From NCBI GenBank assembly GCA_028534125.1, contig CM052816.1, positions 94,242,001 through 94,306,000 of the forward strand: 64,000 bases of DNA. The letters are read 5' to 3'. The notes under the pieces are model-generated. The model was not told the DNA's origin. It saw nothing but the letters and a program-made list of their open reading frames with translations, and did no database searches. This DNA is from Lama glama. Lineage: Eukaryota. The position numbers and the translations under genes were made by a program. Positions 25,110 through 36,649 of this stretch are shown one piece after another (positions within the stretch are counted from its first letter, which is position 1; every line of letters begins with the position of its first letter).

Positions 25110-28100
25110 ATCCTAATCTTTTTTATCTTTATGAATGTTTCTCTTTATGTCAGTAAATCTTCTTTGTCTTAAAGTTTATTTTATCTGATATAAATATAGA
25201 CACTCTAGCATTCTTTTGCTTCCTACTATGTGGTAGATCTTTTTTTTTCATCCTTTACTTTCAATATATTGCTGCCTTTGTATTTAGCCTCTAGTGGGCA
25301 TCAGACAGTAGGAGCTTCCTTGTTACTCACTGTCAATCTCTGCCTTTTAAATGGAGTGTTTGAACCATTAACATTTAACATAATTATTAATATGGCTGAA
25401 TTTAGATATATCATTTTTTTTTCTTTTTCTACTTGTTTCTTCCTTTTTGGTTCCATTGTTTCCCGTTGCCTATCTTGCTTTGCTTACTTGAATATTTTTA
25501 ATATTGTATTTTAATATGTCTACTATTTTCCTAGATATATCTCCTTATATCATTTTTATTATTGGTTGCAAGAGGAAATAAAGCATCACTTTCATACACT
25601 CATAGAAGCCTTGCAACTGTAAAAGTAACTCTTTTTACCTTACTGCCACCTGACATTAATGTTATAGTTGCTAAATGTGTTCCATTTATGTAAAATCAAA
25701 AGACACATCAGAAAACGTTAAAATTTTTGTTTTGAATAGTCATATGTATCTAACCAAACTTAAGAGAATAATCTTTTATATTTACCGAGACATTACCATT
25801 TCTTCCACTATTTCTGCTGCTCTTCCTTACTGCCTAAAGTGCAAGATTTTCCTCTGGGATCATTTCCTAACAGCCTGAAGAATTTTCTTTAGCTTTTCTA
25901 TTACAGCAAGACTGCTAGCAATAAATTTTACTTGTTTCCTTTTATTTGAGGATGCCTTTATTTTGCCATCAAGCCTGAAGAATATTTGCAATGAATTTCA
26001 GATACTGGGTTGATATTCTTTTCTTCCTGTTTTTAAAAAGATTTTGTTCCATTGTTTTCTGTTTCCAAATCTCTTTTGAGAAATCTATACTTTTCCCCAA
26101 TGGTTAGTTTCCTATATGAATGCATTGTTTTTTTTCTTTCTAACTGCAGTTAGTGTTTTTACATTTTATTCGTTTTCAACAGATTTATTGTAATGAGTTC
26201 TTTCCCTTCTTTATTTTCCCTTTTTCTTTCCATATCTAATGTATTTTCATTATAGTCTGAAAATTTCAAAGACTATCTTGAAGAGGCACTGGTTTACATT
26301 ATTCTTCCTCAGAAAGTACTGCGTTTAAGTTGGCAGGCAGTAAACACCAAAGGAATATTTTAGTGTTAGGCACTGATTTTAGGCTTTCTTCAAGGAGGTC
26401 TCTTACAGTTCTTTTTTTCCCCTTACTGCTAGATTGTAGCCCTCAATCCTGAAGTGTAGACAGCCTTACTTTTTATACTAGTTTGCTAGTGCGGCCAAAA
26501 CAAAATCTCACAGATTGGGTGACTTAAACAACAGAAATTAATTTTCTCGCAGTTCTGAAAGCTGGAAGTCCAAGATCAAGGTGTCAGCAGGATGGGTTTC
26601 TCTGAGATCCCTCTCCTTGGCTTGCAGATGGCCACCTTCTCGTTACATCCTCACGTGACCTTTTCTCTGTGTGGACACACCTCTAGTCTCTCTTTCTCTG
26701 CTTATAAGGACACCAGACCTATTGAATTACAGCCCAATCCCTATAAACTCATTTAAAGTTAATTACTTCTTTAAAGGTCACATCTTTGCATACAGCCACA
26801 GCAGGGGTTAGAGTTTCAACATATGAATTTTGGAGGAACAGAATTCAGTCCACACACTCTTATCAGATGGCCTTTCTAATACCTCAGCTCAATCTTTGAC
26901 TTGCTCATAAAGATTTTCCACTCTCGCTGGGCCTGACCATCCGAGTCTCCAGAATACAAAATAACTGCCAGCCTCCCCGCTTGGCTTGCTGCCCCCAGTG
27001 GTTGCTCCCTGCCTGGCCTCTGGGAGTCTTGTTCTACTGTCATGAGTCCAAGATTTGATCAAGACACCCAAGAGGGATCCCTATGGAAACTTCTGGATTT
27101 TCCTCTCCATGGTTCCCCCTTTTGCAGTACATTCTGTCCTAAATCACAGCCTCTGCAGTGACCCCCCCACCCCACTCTAATCTCTCCATTCTCTGTCCAG
27201 TGAAACCACTGCTCTGGCTCGCATTCTATATAAATGCATCATACTCCAGAAAATTTTTCCAGGAAGACAACGTGCATAAAAGCCGGGCATCCTTTGCCTG
27301 CCTCCTCTCTTTCAAGGATATCAGCCTCACGTTGGCTGCTGTCAAACACCTACAACTTGCTGCAGTGCATACATTTTGTACATGACATAACAGGTTTTAG
27401 AGATGCTATAAAGATGTTCTGGTTGCATCTTACAGGTTATGACACACATATGCTGTTTATCGTTTATGTGAATATAACTTTCTTAAGTAAATTGATTTTG
27501 AAGAAGTATAAAGTTCCTATCAGGGAGAAAGGTCTCCCTTCTATTTCTTTTTTAAGTAGAATTATAATTAACATACAATGTTATATTAGTTTCACCTGTA
27601 CAATATAGTGATTTGATATTTGTATACATTATGAAATGATCACCACAATAGTTACTGATTTCCAACTTAATGTCTCTCTTGTCTGAGAATATACTCTGGA
27701 TGGTTCCAAATATTTCAAACTTGTGACTTGCATATGGTTGATTTTGTCAAATGTTACATGTGCATTTGATAATAATATTTTGTATATAATGGGTTAAATA
27801 AAATTTATTATTGAAATGAATGTCAGTTATTTTATTTTTAAGTTTTGGAATTCCCATTGGATTCTTTCTCATGGATTCCAATTCTCTGTGAATTTATCCA
27901 TCTTTGCATTTTTTCCTCCATCTTTTCCTACACTCCTATATTTTCTTAAACATATTGATCATTATTCTTTTAAATATTTTGCCTGCTAATGCCAATATCT
28001 GAGTCACCTATGGTTATATTTCTATTATATATTTGTTAATTTGTCATTGATCATTTATTCCTGTCCTGTATAATAAATTTTAATGAATACTGGACATTGT

Positions 28101-28800
28101 ATAATAAAAATTGTGAAATTTTGCTTGAAAGTTCATTCTTTTCTCTGTTAGTCAGATAGATGAACTGGCCGCCTCTAATCTAATCAGGGACTTTGCTGAA
28201 TTGAGTGGGGCCAGAATATTGGTAAGTGTCCACCTACCTCTGTTATTCTCAGATCTCAGAAAGCAGACCTCTAGGGATTTTAACTGAGAACTTGAGTTTC
28301 CCAAGGCCACTGTCTCAGGAAGGCCTTGAATGTAAATCTCTTCTTTTCTACACAGCGAGACTGTGAAATTTATATTCCGATTTTCAGAGGCTTTTTTTTC
28401 CCTTTTTTTTGCTTTTTGGCCCTATGCAGTTTCAGAAATTAGCAAAAGTTTTGAAGGGAAAATCAGTCATGTTTCAGCCTCAGTACTTTGTTCCACCTTC
28501 TCAATGGAATCTTTATTAATTTTAATTTGAAGCCCTATGAGACCAGCAAAACCTCAGTTTGCATCTGTATCTCAGACAGAGGCCCTCTGCCCCGGAAAAG
28601 ACTCAAAGCTCAGCCTCTTTCACTGCATCCAGAATTGGCAAAAGTTTCAGGCAAGAAGCAAACACAGCATCCATTCCACCCTCCACATCCTCTCCTGCCT
28701 GAAATCTTGGATCATCTGGTCATTTTGCTTCAGCAGATTTCTGATGCTTTAGAGAAACAGTTTTTGGTTTTTATTCAAGAATTATAATTATTTTCAGTAG
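25110..28800 (-). mobile_element. Fragmented ancient L1 (L1M-type) with nested insertions
   Basis: T-rich antisense L1 text (ttgtcttaaagtttattttatctgatataaatatagacactc; ccattaacatttaacataattatt), interrupted by an MLT and a short L1 tail at ~27545-27650. Confidence 0.6.
26473..26855 (-). mobile_element. MaLR LTR (MLT1A-like)
   Basis: gacttaaacaacagaaatttaattttctcgcagttctg...ggaagtccaagatcaaggtgtcagcagg. Confidence 0.88.
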
Positions 28801-30284
28801 AAGCATGGTACTGCCACAAGTGATTCTACCTTATCCAGAAATTGAAGTTTGGTCTCTTTTTCAATTGGGATGTTTATCATTTCCAACAGTTTGAGAAAAC
28901 AGTCTTAGGTGAAACTTTATTATCATGGGAGAAATCATGTAATAACAGCCAAAATGTATAAACCAGACAATTGGCTATATAAAGAATCATCAAACCTCAT
29001 AACAGGAAAGTGCAGCCATACAAAATGAAATGGGAAAAGTACAGGAATTTAATTTTGACTGAATAAGAAGATGTAACTTTGTGGACGATAATTAAACCGA
29101 ACTGCCTTAGTTCTGGGTCATGAGATAATGATTTTTTTCCTTTTTCATTATTTAAAAAAATTTCTAATTTATTTATGATGAGAACTTGTTACCTTTAGAA
29201 TAAGCAAAATTTTACACAAACTTCATGTTCAATTATTCAAAATCATCCCCAGCAATTCTGCAAGGATGGTGGTTATGACTACAAAAAATACAACATCTAA
29301 CCAGCCATGTACTTCCACATACACAGATAAAATCTTAGAGAATATGGGAACTATTTGATAACATTATTATCAACAGATATACTACAGTGATAAATTGTAT
29401 GGAAGAGCCAATAAGAGCATACGAGATATATACTATCATGAAATATAATAAATAGGGAAGCTACTTGACTCTGGTCTGAGTGTTATGCATTTGTGGATTC
29501 CTGAAAATTCTGTGAAAGCAGTAAACCAGCCAGTTTACAAAATGAAGATCACTGTAAGCTTTCATCATTAGTCTGCAGGATGTAATTATCTGCATGTGGG
29601 AGAAATGCAGTTAATGCTTATTAGGAAAAATGAATTTATGAAAAGCATTCATTGACAAGGTGGTATCGCCTCTGTGTCTTGATGAGTGAATAAGATGTGC
29701 AATCAGATAATAAGTGTGCTCTGGTACAGCAGCTAAAACAGCGGGAGTAAAAGGACATTTTAATGTCATCACTAATATTAGCCATAATTTACTAGTTGCT
29801 TACTATGTACCAGGCATAGTGCCATTTGTTTACCATAGACTGATTCATTCATGTAATTCTCACCATATTCTAAGAAGCAAGATTCTGTTTATTTTATAGG
29901 TAGTAAAATGGGACCGTCAAAGATTTTAGTGAGTACATTGATTTCAGAATGTGCACTCTACACGACCTGGAGAGTAACACTGGAATGGTGACAACCATTA
30001 AGGAGACCCAGGAATGAAAAATGAGTTACTCCTTTTGGGAGATAGTGTAAAAATCACTGGGTTATGTAGAGTGGACTCATTGTGCAACACTTTGAATATG
30101 GCTTCATTCATTGGTCAGTGACAAAAATCTCATGTCATTCATTGACTTAGCTTCTAAACATATAATTTCAGACCATATTCATGTACTCATTTAATCGAAA
30201 AAATTTTTAATTTCATAGAAAATATATTGCAAGGGAAATACTTAGAGTGATAACAGCTGTAGTGAGCAGAGGGCAGAGATTACA

Positions 30285-30780
30285 GAACATATACATCAGA
30301 GACTGCATTTGGCTATGCGTGACAGAAACCAATCACCATGGCTTAAGGAAAGAAAGGTTAATTTCTCTCCCATAATTGGAAGCCCAGGGGCACAAGTGCA
30401 TGCTGGTACAGCAGCTTCAGGAAACTTTCAGTATCCTTCCATCTTAGGCTCCACCACCTTTGGTCTCTGACTCCAACTGTCAAGGACAAGTCCTAGATGC
30501 AGTGTGGCAGTTCCAAGTCCAGCCTGCAGTCTGCATGCCAAACTTTAGGAAGAATGAAGAAGAGGCAGAATCGGGGAGGTTCCCTTTCCACAGAAGCACA
30601 CTGCTCTCTGAACGCTCCCTCAGACTCTCCCGTTCGTCTCCCTGCCAGATTACACGCAACAGCAATCGAAACTGAGAAGCATTGTTTTATAGGTGGTCAC
30701 ATGTGGCTCCAAACAAAATCTGGGTCCTGTGCAAAAGGAAGATGGGGAGGGTAGACACTGGGAAAGCCACCAGCAGTGAT
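30285..30780 (-). mobile_element. Old MaLR LTR (MLT1J/K-like)
   Basis: tttggctatgcgtgacagaaacc...ggcttaaggaaag pattern. Confidence 0.5.
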
Positions 30781-31159
30781 TTGGACTGAATTAGACTATT
30801 TTCGCTTAATTAGAGGAGTGAATTGAGAAAGTCGAGGATAGATAAATCTGAAAGGCCAAATCAAAGTTCTAAAACAAGACAACACAGTAAATGGGGATGT
30901 GGACAAATATTTGGGATCAAGGAAAAAAGCTGAATCTGAGGCTGTAAGACTGAAAAGAGATCAGGATTAATTTGTAGATTCTTCCTATGCATGCAGGCCA
31001 CTTTTGAGGCCTGTGTATGTGATTAGTCAGTAATTATTATTAGTTCATATGATAAAAATCATATAATGATAATTAACACATTGGTGGGGTCCAAACTTGC
31101 TAACAAACCCAGCTTCTCTTCCTGGGGCTGCAATATACATGATCCTAATACATGCTGTT

Positions 31160-31925
31160 GGTTTTCTTAAGTGAATCATTTTGGTATTTCATTCTCAAAC
31201 CTATGAAACCCAATGACCTAATTTTTAACAAATGTTTACAAATTTTAATGTATTGTTAATAAATATTGTGTAATGGTTACATTGCTATTTTGAAAAGAAA
31301 TTCACAGATATTAATTGATTTTTAAGGACATACACAGTAGTCTCACATAAAGAAGAAACAAAAGGAAAGTTATTCAAAATAAAATATTACTGTTTCCTTT
31401 ATGTAGATGCTTGGTTACAACTAGGCTAGAAGAGCTAATCGAACACTCAGGTACCTGTCCGTGTAGCATCACTGTAATGATGATGGCTATAAAAATAGAC
31501 TGGTCCTGGAGCCTTCTTTTGATGAGATATATACTACTGGTAATGCTGTTCTTAATCTTATGAACAGATGTTGGTCAATTTCTGAACAAAACAATGTTAA
31601 TTATTTCCATCATTTATATCTTAGTAGCATTCTTGCAAAATTCAATGCACCTTAAAACCATGCAAAAGTGCTTTTTGCTTCTGTGTAATATGGAGAAATG
31701 TGGTAGGCTTAGAAAGGTGTGAACAGGTTCTTAACAACCACAGATGAAAAGTTGTGAAGGATACAGGCTACCCTTCCTCCTGTGGGATTGTCACATGTAT
31801 CACATAATGTTTAAAATGTGTGGCTTGTGACCACTAAAAACTAGTGACAATAAGAAAATACCCTCTTACACATTTCTAAAATACCTCCTGGGGAGGCAGT
31901 AATTCTTCCAGTAAGAACCATTGAC
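31160..31925. mobile_element. Old hAT-Charlie DNA transposon remnant (family uncertain)
   Basis: Ends in taagaaccattg (Charlie-type TIR-like) after an AT-rich body. Confidence 0.4.
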
Positions 31926-32759
31926 CTAGATGCTTGGTATAAAACCTGCAATTTTGTTGATGAAATTTTTATACTCAATCAACTCTGCCTTAAAATTTAT
32001 CGAGAAAGCCTGGATGAACCTTGGTGAGAGCTTCCCTGTTCCACCCTTTGGATCTCATTTTATAGGTTGCTCCTTCTCATTCTTGTCCGTAGGTGTCAAG
32101 CCAGCCAATCTGGGGAGTCAATTCCTTCATCCTCTAGAAGTCCATCAAATCTATAAGCATTGCTGATAAATCATAGCATAACACTTATTTCTCCTTGCTG
32201 CCAATATCTGTTATTAAGATTCTGTGCCCAGTTTCATATTCCATAATGTGATGTCTTCTTTCTGTATATGCAATTCACCCATGCCTGTTGACCTAGGCTT
32301 TTGACCCACTGTCCACTTCTGATCAATAATGCCTCACATCCTCGATGCCTTGACTAGCCTACATTGGATTTAGACATTTAAGCCTAAATGGTTGTGACTT
32401 ATGACACATGTAGGAGCCTTCACTAGACACCTCACTGCTCTGATTCCTTCCTTAAGTCCACTCCTGGGTCCACTGTGCCTTGGAGAACCGCAGCCATTTT
32501 TACTGAGCACACTCTCTGTACCCCTTTCCTTGCTTTGCTTCAGTACTTTCGATACTGTTTCCTCGCCATGTTACCCATGTTCGGGCATGAAAAACAAAAC
32601 CCCCGGAAGAGGCAAAACAACGAGAAAACATGGAAAGAAGGACATTGAATAAAAGAATCAACACCACAAGCATAGTGACAATTAGAAAGAAATACGGATA
32701 TTAGAGTGTGGTTACTTCCTCAGCGTGTTTTTCTTTCTTCTATTGCCTAATAGCCCCAA

Positions 32760-32898
32760 TTTAGGATTAAATACCATGAGGACAGGGATTTTGTTTTCTT
32801 GTCTATTGTGTGCTATTGATTCACCAAATTTTGTCCAATGTCTGAACCACAGCAGATAGCCAATAACATTTGCTGGTGAATGAATGAATGAATGAATG
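32760..32898 (+). mobile_element. L2 3' end with (TGAA)n tail
   Basis: ccatgaggacagggattttg...aataacatttgctggtgaatgaatgaatgaatg. Confidence 0.75.
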
Positions 32899-35800
32899 AT
32901 ACCATCATGAGTCATGGCAGTAGTAAAAGGTAGTTTGTGTGAAAGTGTGAAGTTTCAAATCAAATAGTGAAATGACCTACACACTGATCTTAATTATAAT
33001 GGTTAATTTCAAATTAGGTAAATTACTTTAAACATCTTTAAAAACAGAGTAATATTTTCCAGTGTATTTTTATGACTGGTAACAGTGTTTAAATATATAT
33101 ATATATATATATTAAATATATAAATATAAATATATACATAATTATATTCCTATTCTAGAGAATTTGACTTAAAATTTAAATTGTACATTTTTAAGAACTG
33201 TCATTACTTTCCCTGATTAAGTACCCGACAGCAACAACAATCGCTCAATTGTTTAATTTTCCAATTTGAGAAATTTCCATTTGTTTGTGCATGGGTAATT
33301 CACTTTAAAAATTACAGTAATATTATCTTCTACTTGAACCTGAATGGTAAGATACAATGCTATATTTAAATCGCTTCAAATCAAACAAAAGTGTCACTCT
33401 TCTAAAACTGGCATATTTTGAACTATAAAATATGATGCATTAATTGATAAAAATATTTTAACTATCAGGTCTTATTCCTAAAAAAAATTAAGTAAAATTC
33501 CCATAAAAATATATTTTCTTCAACTTTGGAAAAGTGATTTGAAAAGTCAAGAGGTACAACACGTAGTATTTAGGTGTGATTTCTGTACCACATGACTCTT
33601 TGGGTATACAAACAGAAGAAACAATAATGATTTCTCTTTTAGCATTGAGTAATATAATTTGAAAATAATAAGTCATCAATTTTCTGGTCTTCTCGTGACC
33701 TAGGGAATTCACAATATGCCGTTTTATAGGAACTGTCAGAAGCAGGAGGCAAAAGATGGCAGCAGTGAGTCGTTCCAAGATCTAACACCACCCATGATCA
33801 TTTTATTTTATTCTTCAATATTATCAAATTTTGCTTTTAATAATATCCTAAGTTATGAGTTATTTTACAAGAACAGAAATCATCTTCCCTCTAAAGACAT
33901 CTATAGGGGACTGCCTGCGGGGGGTCCTTTCCAAGGCATGTAGTTAATCAGTAGGGTTTGCTATAGCCGCTTTTCTCAAAAATAACCCTAAAAAACTTTG
34001 AAAATTATTTTCTTAACTTACATTTATATAGGCATAAAAGACACATCTATTTGCTGTGGATATTATTTTACCTGCTTTAAAGTTAATCCAAAGTGTAGCC
34101 GACCTACCCTCAGAGTCTGCGTTCCCACCTCCCCAACCCCCCAACGCCCCACCCATGACTTCCTGAGTCAAAGGCTGCAAACAGGAGTACATGTTAAACA
34201 TCGTTTTTCAAAAATCTAACCAAAGCTACAGTGAAAACAGAGAACATCCTTTAAAATATAATGTGGCCTAATGGACACAGCACTGCTAATTCGTCTTGTA
34301 CCAAATACTCCACAGTAATGGAACTGTCTTTCTGAGAATTAAAAAAAAAAGAAAAAATACAGTTCACAGCTGCTGAAAAGTGGCCCTGAAGTGTCTTCCT
34401 TCAGAGGAGTCTGAAGTATTTTAAGAAGCAGCCAGCTTCAAAACTGGGAGCCAGGCTGGCAAACTACTCTTCGAGGTGCGACCAAGCCTATCGAGGCAGG
34501 AGCAGCCCCAACGGAGGAGGATGGATAATGAACATTTGCACCGTTGTGAAAAGTCCTTGCTTAATCTGCTGCTTTTAGCATTTATTTCTACCTGTTTAAC
34601 CTGTCTAAACGTTCCTCCTTTGCTCTTCCTTCAAACTATATTTTAACTTCCTCCGAAGTATAATAGAGGATAGCCCCGGATAAATATTCAAGGCATTTAA
34701 CTTTGTTGGATAATCTCTTCTGACATAAAAGAGAAGCACTTGGTTACTGAGAATTACCAGCCCCTCGAATCCCTCTGATTACAATTTCCTCACGCTGTCA
34801 TGCTTATCTGTGTCTCAGACACCAGCTCTGGGGAGGGGAGAAGTGGGGAAAATTACCACCTTAGACAGTCTGGGATCTGCAGTGTCAGGGATGGTGAGCT
34901 GTGGCATCATTCGGAAGGGCATTGCCCTGGTCCCCGGGCACGCCCCGCTCTGCCCGCTCAAGGCTTGTAATTGCGGTAGGGGCGAGACCCGTCATGACTT
35001 CCCAAACAGAGGGACACGGGTGAAGGCCCAGAGGACTTCTCTGGCACAAGACAAGGGTCTTGTTTTCTAACAAGACTTTTCACTGTTCCCTGCTGTATTT
35101 CACAGCAAGGGAGGCATAGAGAGGTCCCCATGGAGTCAGTGAGCTGTCAAACCAGGAGGTGACACAGAAAACTCATCTGAAAATGACGGGAACAATGCAG
35201 GAGGTATAGGAAGCCTATGGGGGAAGGAACAAGTGAGGGTTTTCATCTTAGCCTGGAAGAGGAGGAAGACGAGGAGGAAGGGGAGAAGGAAGAGAAGGTG
35301 GCAGAGGTGCAGCAGTTGGAAAAGAGAAGAGGGGGCGGCGGCGGAGGAGGGGAATTTAGCATTGCGCTCAAGTTCCAGACTAGACAAGGGTCTTTCTTGC
35401 AGGAAGTTTACATACATTTCAGGTACAAAACCGGCGGCATTCCGTTTAAGGAGAAAGTCTCTCCACCCGCGAAAAGCACGTTAAATCTAAGCACTGGGAG
35501 TGACGGTGAGAATGGACAGACGCTGTTTGGGAAGACCAGAGAGGGATGTCCTGCCTTCTTTGCTCTAGAACCACAGGATTTGAGAGGCCCCACCTGTACC
35601 CAGCAACAGGTACATTTAGCCTGCCCCTGCCTCAAAGCGCACACACGCTAGCTTAGAACCCCCTCCACCCCTGCCCTTTGTTTGCAGGCTGACATCTGCC
35701 CGACCACAATAAACTGCCAGCATCTTGCAAGTAAATGAAGGAACCAGCCCTTTGAGGACTGGTCCAGCCCAGGGTTCCAGGCTTTCCTCCGGTCCTTTCC

Positions 35801-36104
35801 AGCTTTCTCCTGGTTCGCGAGCATCCACCCATCTGAGGGCCGGGGTGTGCGTTCCCCAGGATGCTCGGCTCTCTCCCAGCCCGCGGCCTCCTCCCCTCTC
35901 TCCTGCTGCTGCCGCGAAAACCAGGAGAAGTGGAATGCGCACGGCGAAGCGCGGCGCTCTGGCGGCGGCACTGGGCATGCTCGGCACCCAGGGCAGGTTT
36001 GGGCGGCGGGGCGGACGCTCCCTCACTAGCCGGGCGCCCGAGCCGGCCGCCGAGGCATAGGTGGAGGCTGAGGCAGCCGCGCGCCGCGGGAGGAGCCTCG
36101 CCCT

Positions 36105-36125
36105 CGGCGGCGGCGGCGGCGGCGG
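36105..36125 (+). repeat. (CGG)7 microsatellite
   Basis: Directly visible. Confidence 0.95.
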
Positions 36126-36239
36126 CACAGGTGGCGCGGGCCGCGCGCGGGGCGCAGCACGGGAGCGCTCGGCGCCGGGAGCCGCGGCGGCCCCAGGCTC
36201 GCGCCCGCGGCTGCAGCCGGCCGAGCGGAGCGGCGGGCG

Positions 36240-36257
36240 CGGCGGCGGCGGCGGCGG
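36240..36257 (+). repeat. (CGG)6 microsatellite
   Basis: Directly visible. Confidence 0.95.
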
Positions 36258-36262
36258 CGCCC

Positions 36263-36353
36263 GGAGCCCGCAGGAGCCCGCAAGAGCCCCGAGCCCGCGG
36301 AGCCCGCGGAGCCCGCGGAGCCCGCGGAGCCCGCGGAGCCCGCGGAGCCCGCG
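36263..36353 (+). repeat. 9-bp tandem repeat (GAGCCCGCG)7 plus three degenerate upstream copies
   Basis: Seven perfect copies at 36291-36353, preceded by ggagcccgca ggagcccgca agagcccc. Confidence 0.95.
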
Positions 36354-36515
36354 GAAGCCGGGCAGGGGGCGCTGCGCTCGCTGCGCTCGGAGGGGCCGCC
36401 GGGCCGGGCGCCGCGCACTCGCGTCGGGAGCCGCCTCTCTCCCCCGCGGCGCTCGCCCCTGCTCCCCGCCGGCATCACTTGTCCCGCGGCCGCGCTCAGA
36501 CAACAAAAGCGGAAG

Positions 36516-36551
36516 ATGCTGCAGTTGGGCAAGGTCAGGACCTTGCCCTGA
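36516..36551 (+). other. Upstream ORF MLQLGKVRTLP* in the CTNND2 leader
   Basis: aagATGctg...cccTGA, 11 codons plus stop, ending 61 nt before the main ATG and out of frame with it. Confidence 0.65.
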
Positions 36552-36612
36552 AGCCAGGCGGCGGCGCGCACGCCTTTCGCTGGACTGAGGAGCTGTCGCT
36601 GGTGGCGGGTGC

Positions 36613-36649
36613 ATGTTCACGAGGAGGCAGTCGGGCGCCGCGCCGTTCG
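36613..36649 (+). CDS. CTNND2: CTNND2 (delta-catenin) coding part of exon 1, 37 nt, phase-1 donor
   Basis: ATG TTC ACG AGG AGG CAG TCG GGC GCC GCG CCG TTC G|GTGAGT gives MFTRRQSGAAPF(G). This matches the recalled N-termini of mouse (MFARKQSGAAPFG) and human (MFARKPPGAAPLG) delta-catenin. Canonical donor at 36650-36655, inside a CpG island. Confidence 0.92.

Noticed and set aside
36291..36353. CRISPR-like array
   Set aside because: No spacers; a simple tandem repeat in mammalian DNA.
36589..36609. RE1/REST-like motif ggagctgtcgctggtggcggg just before the ATG
   Set aside because: Several mismatches at key positions versus GGCGCTGTCCGTGGTGCTGAA, including the GCTGA half; too weak without ChIP data.
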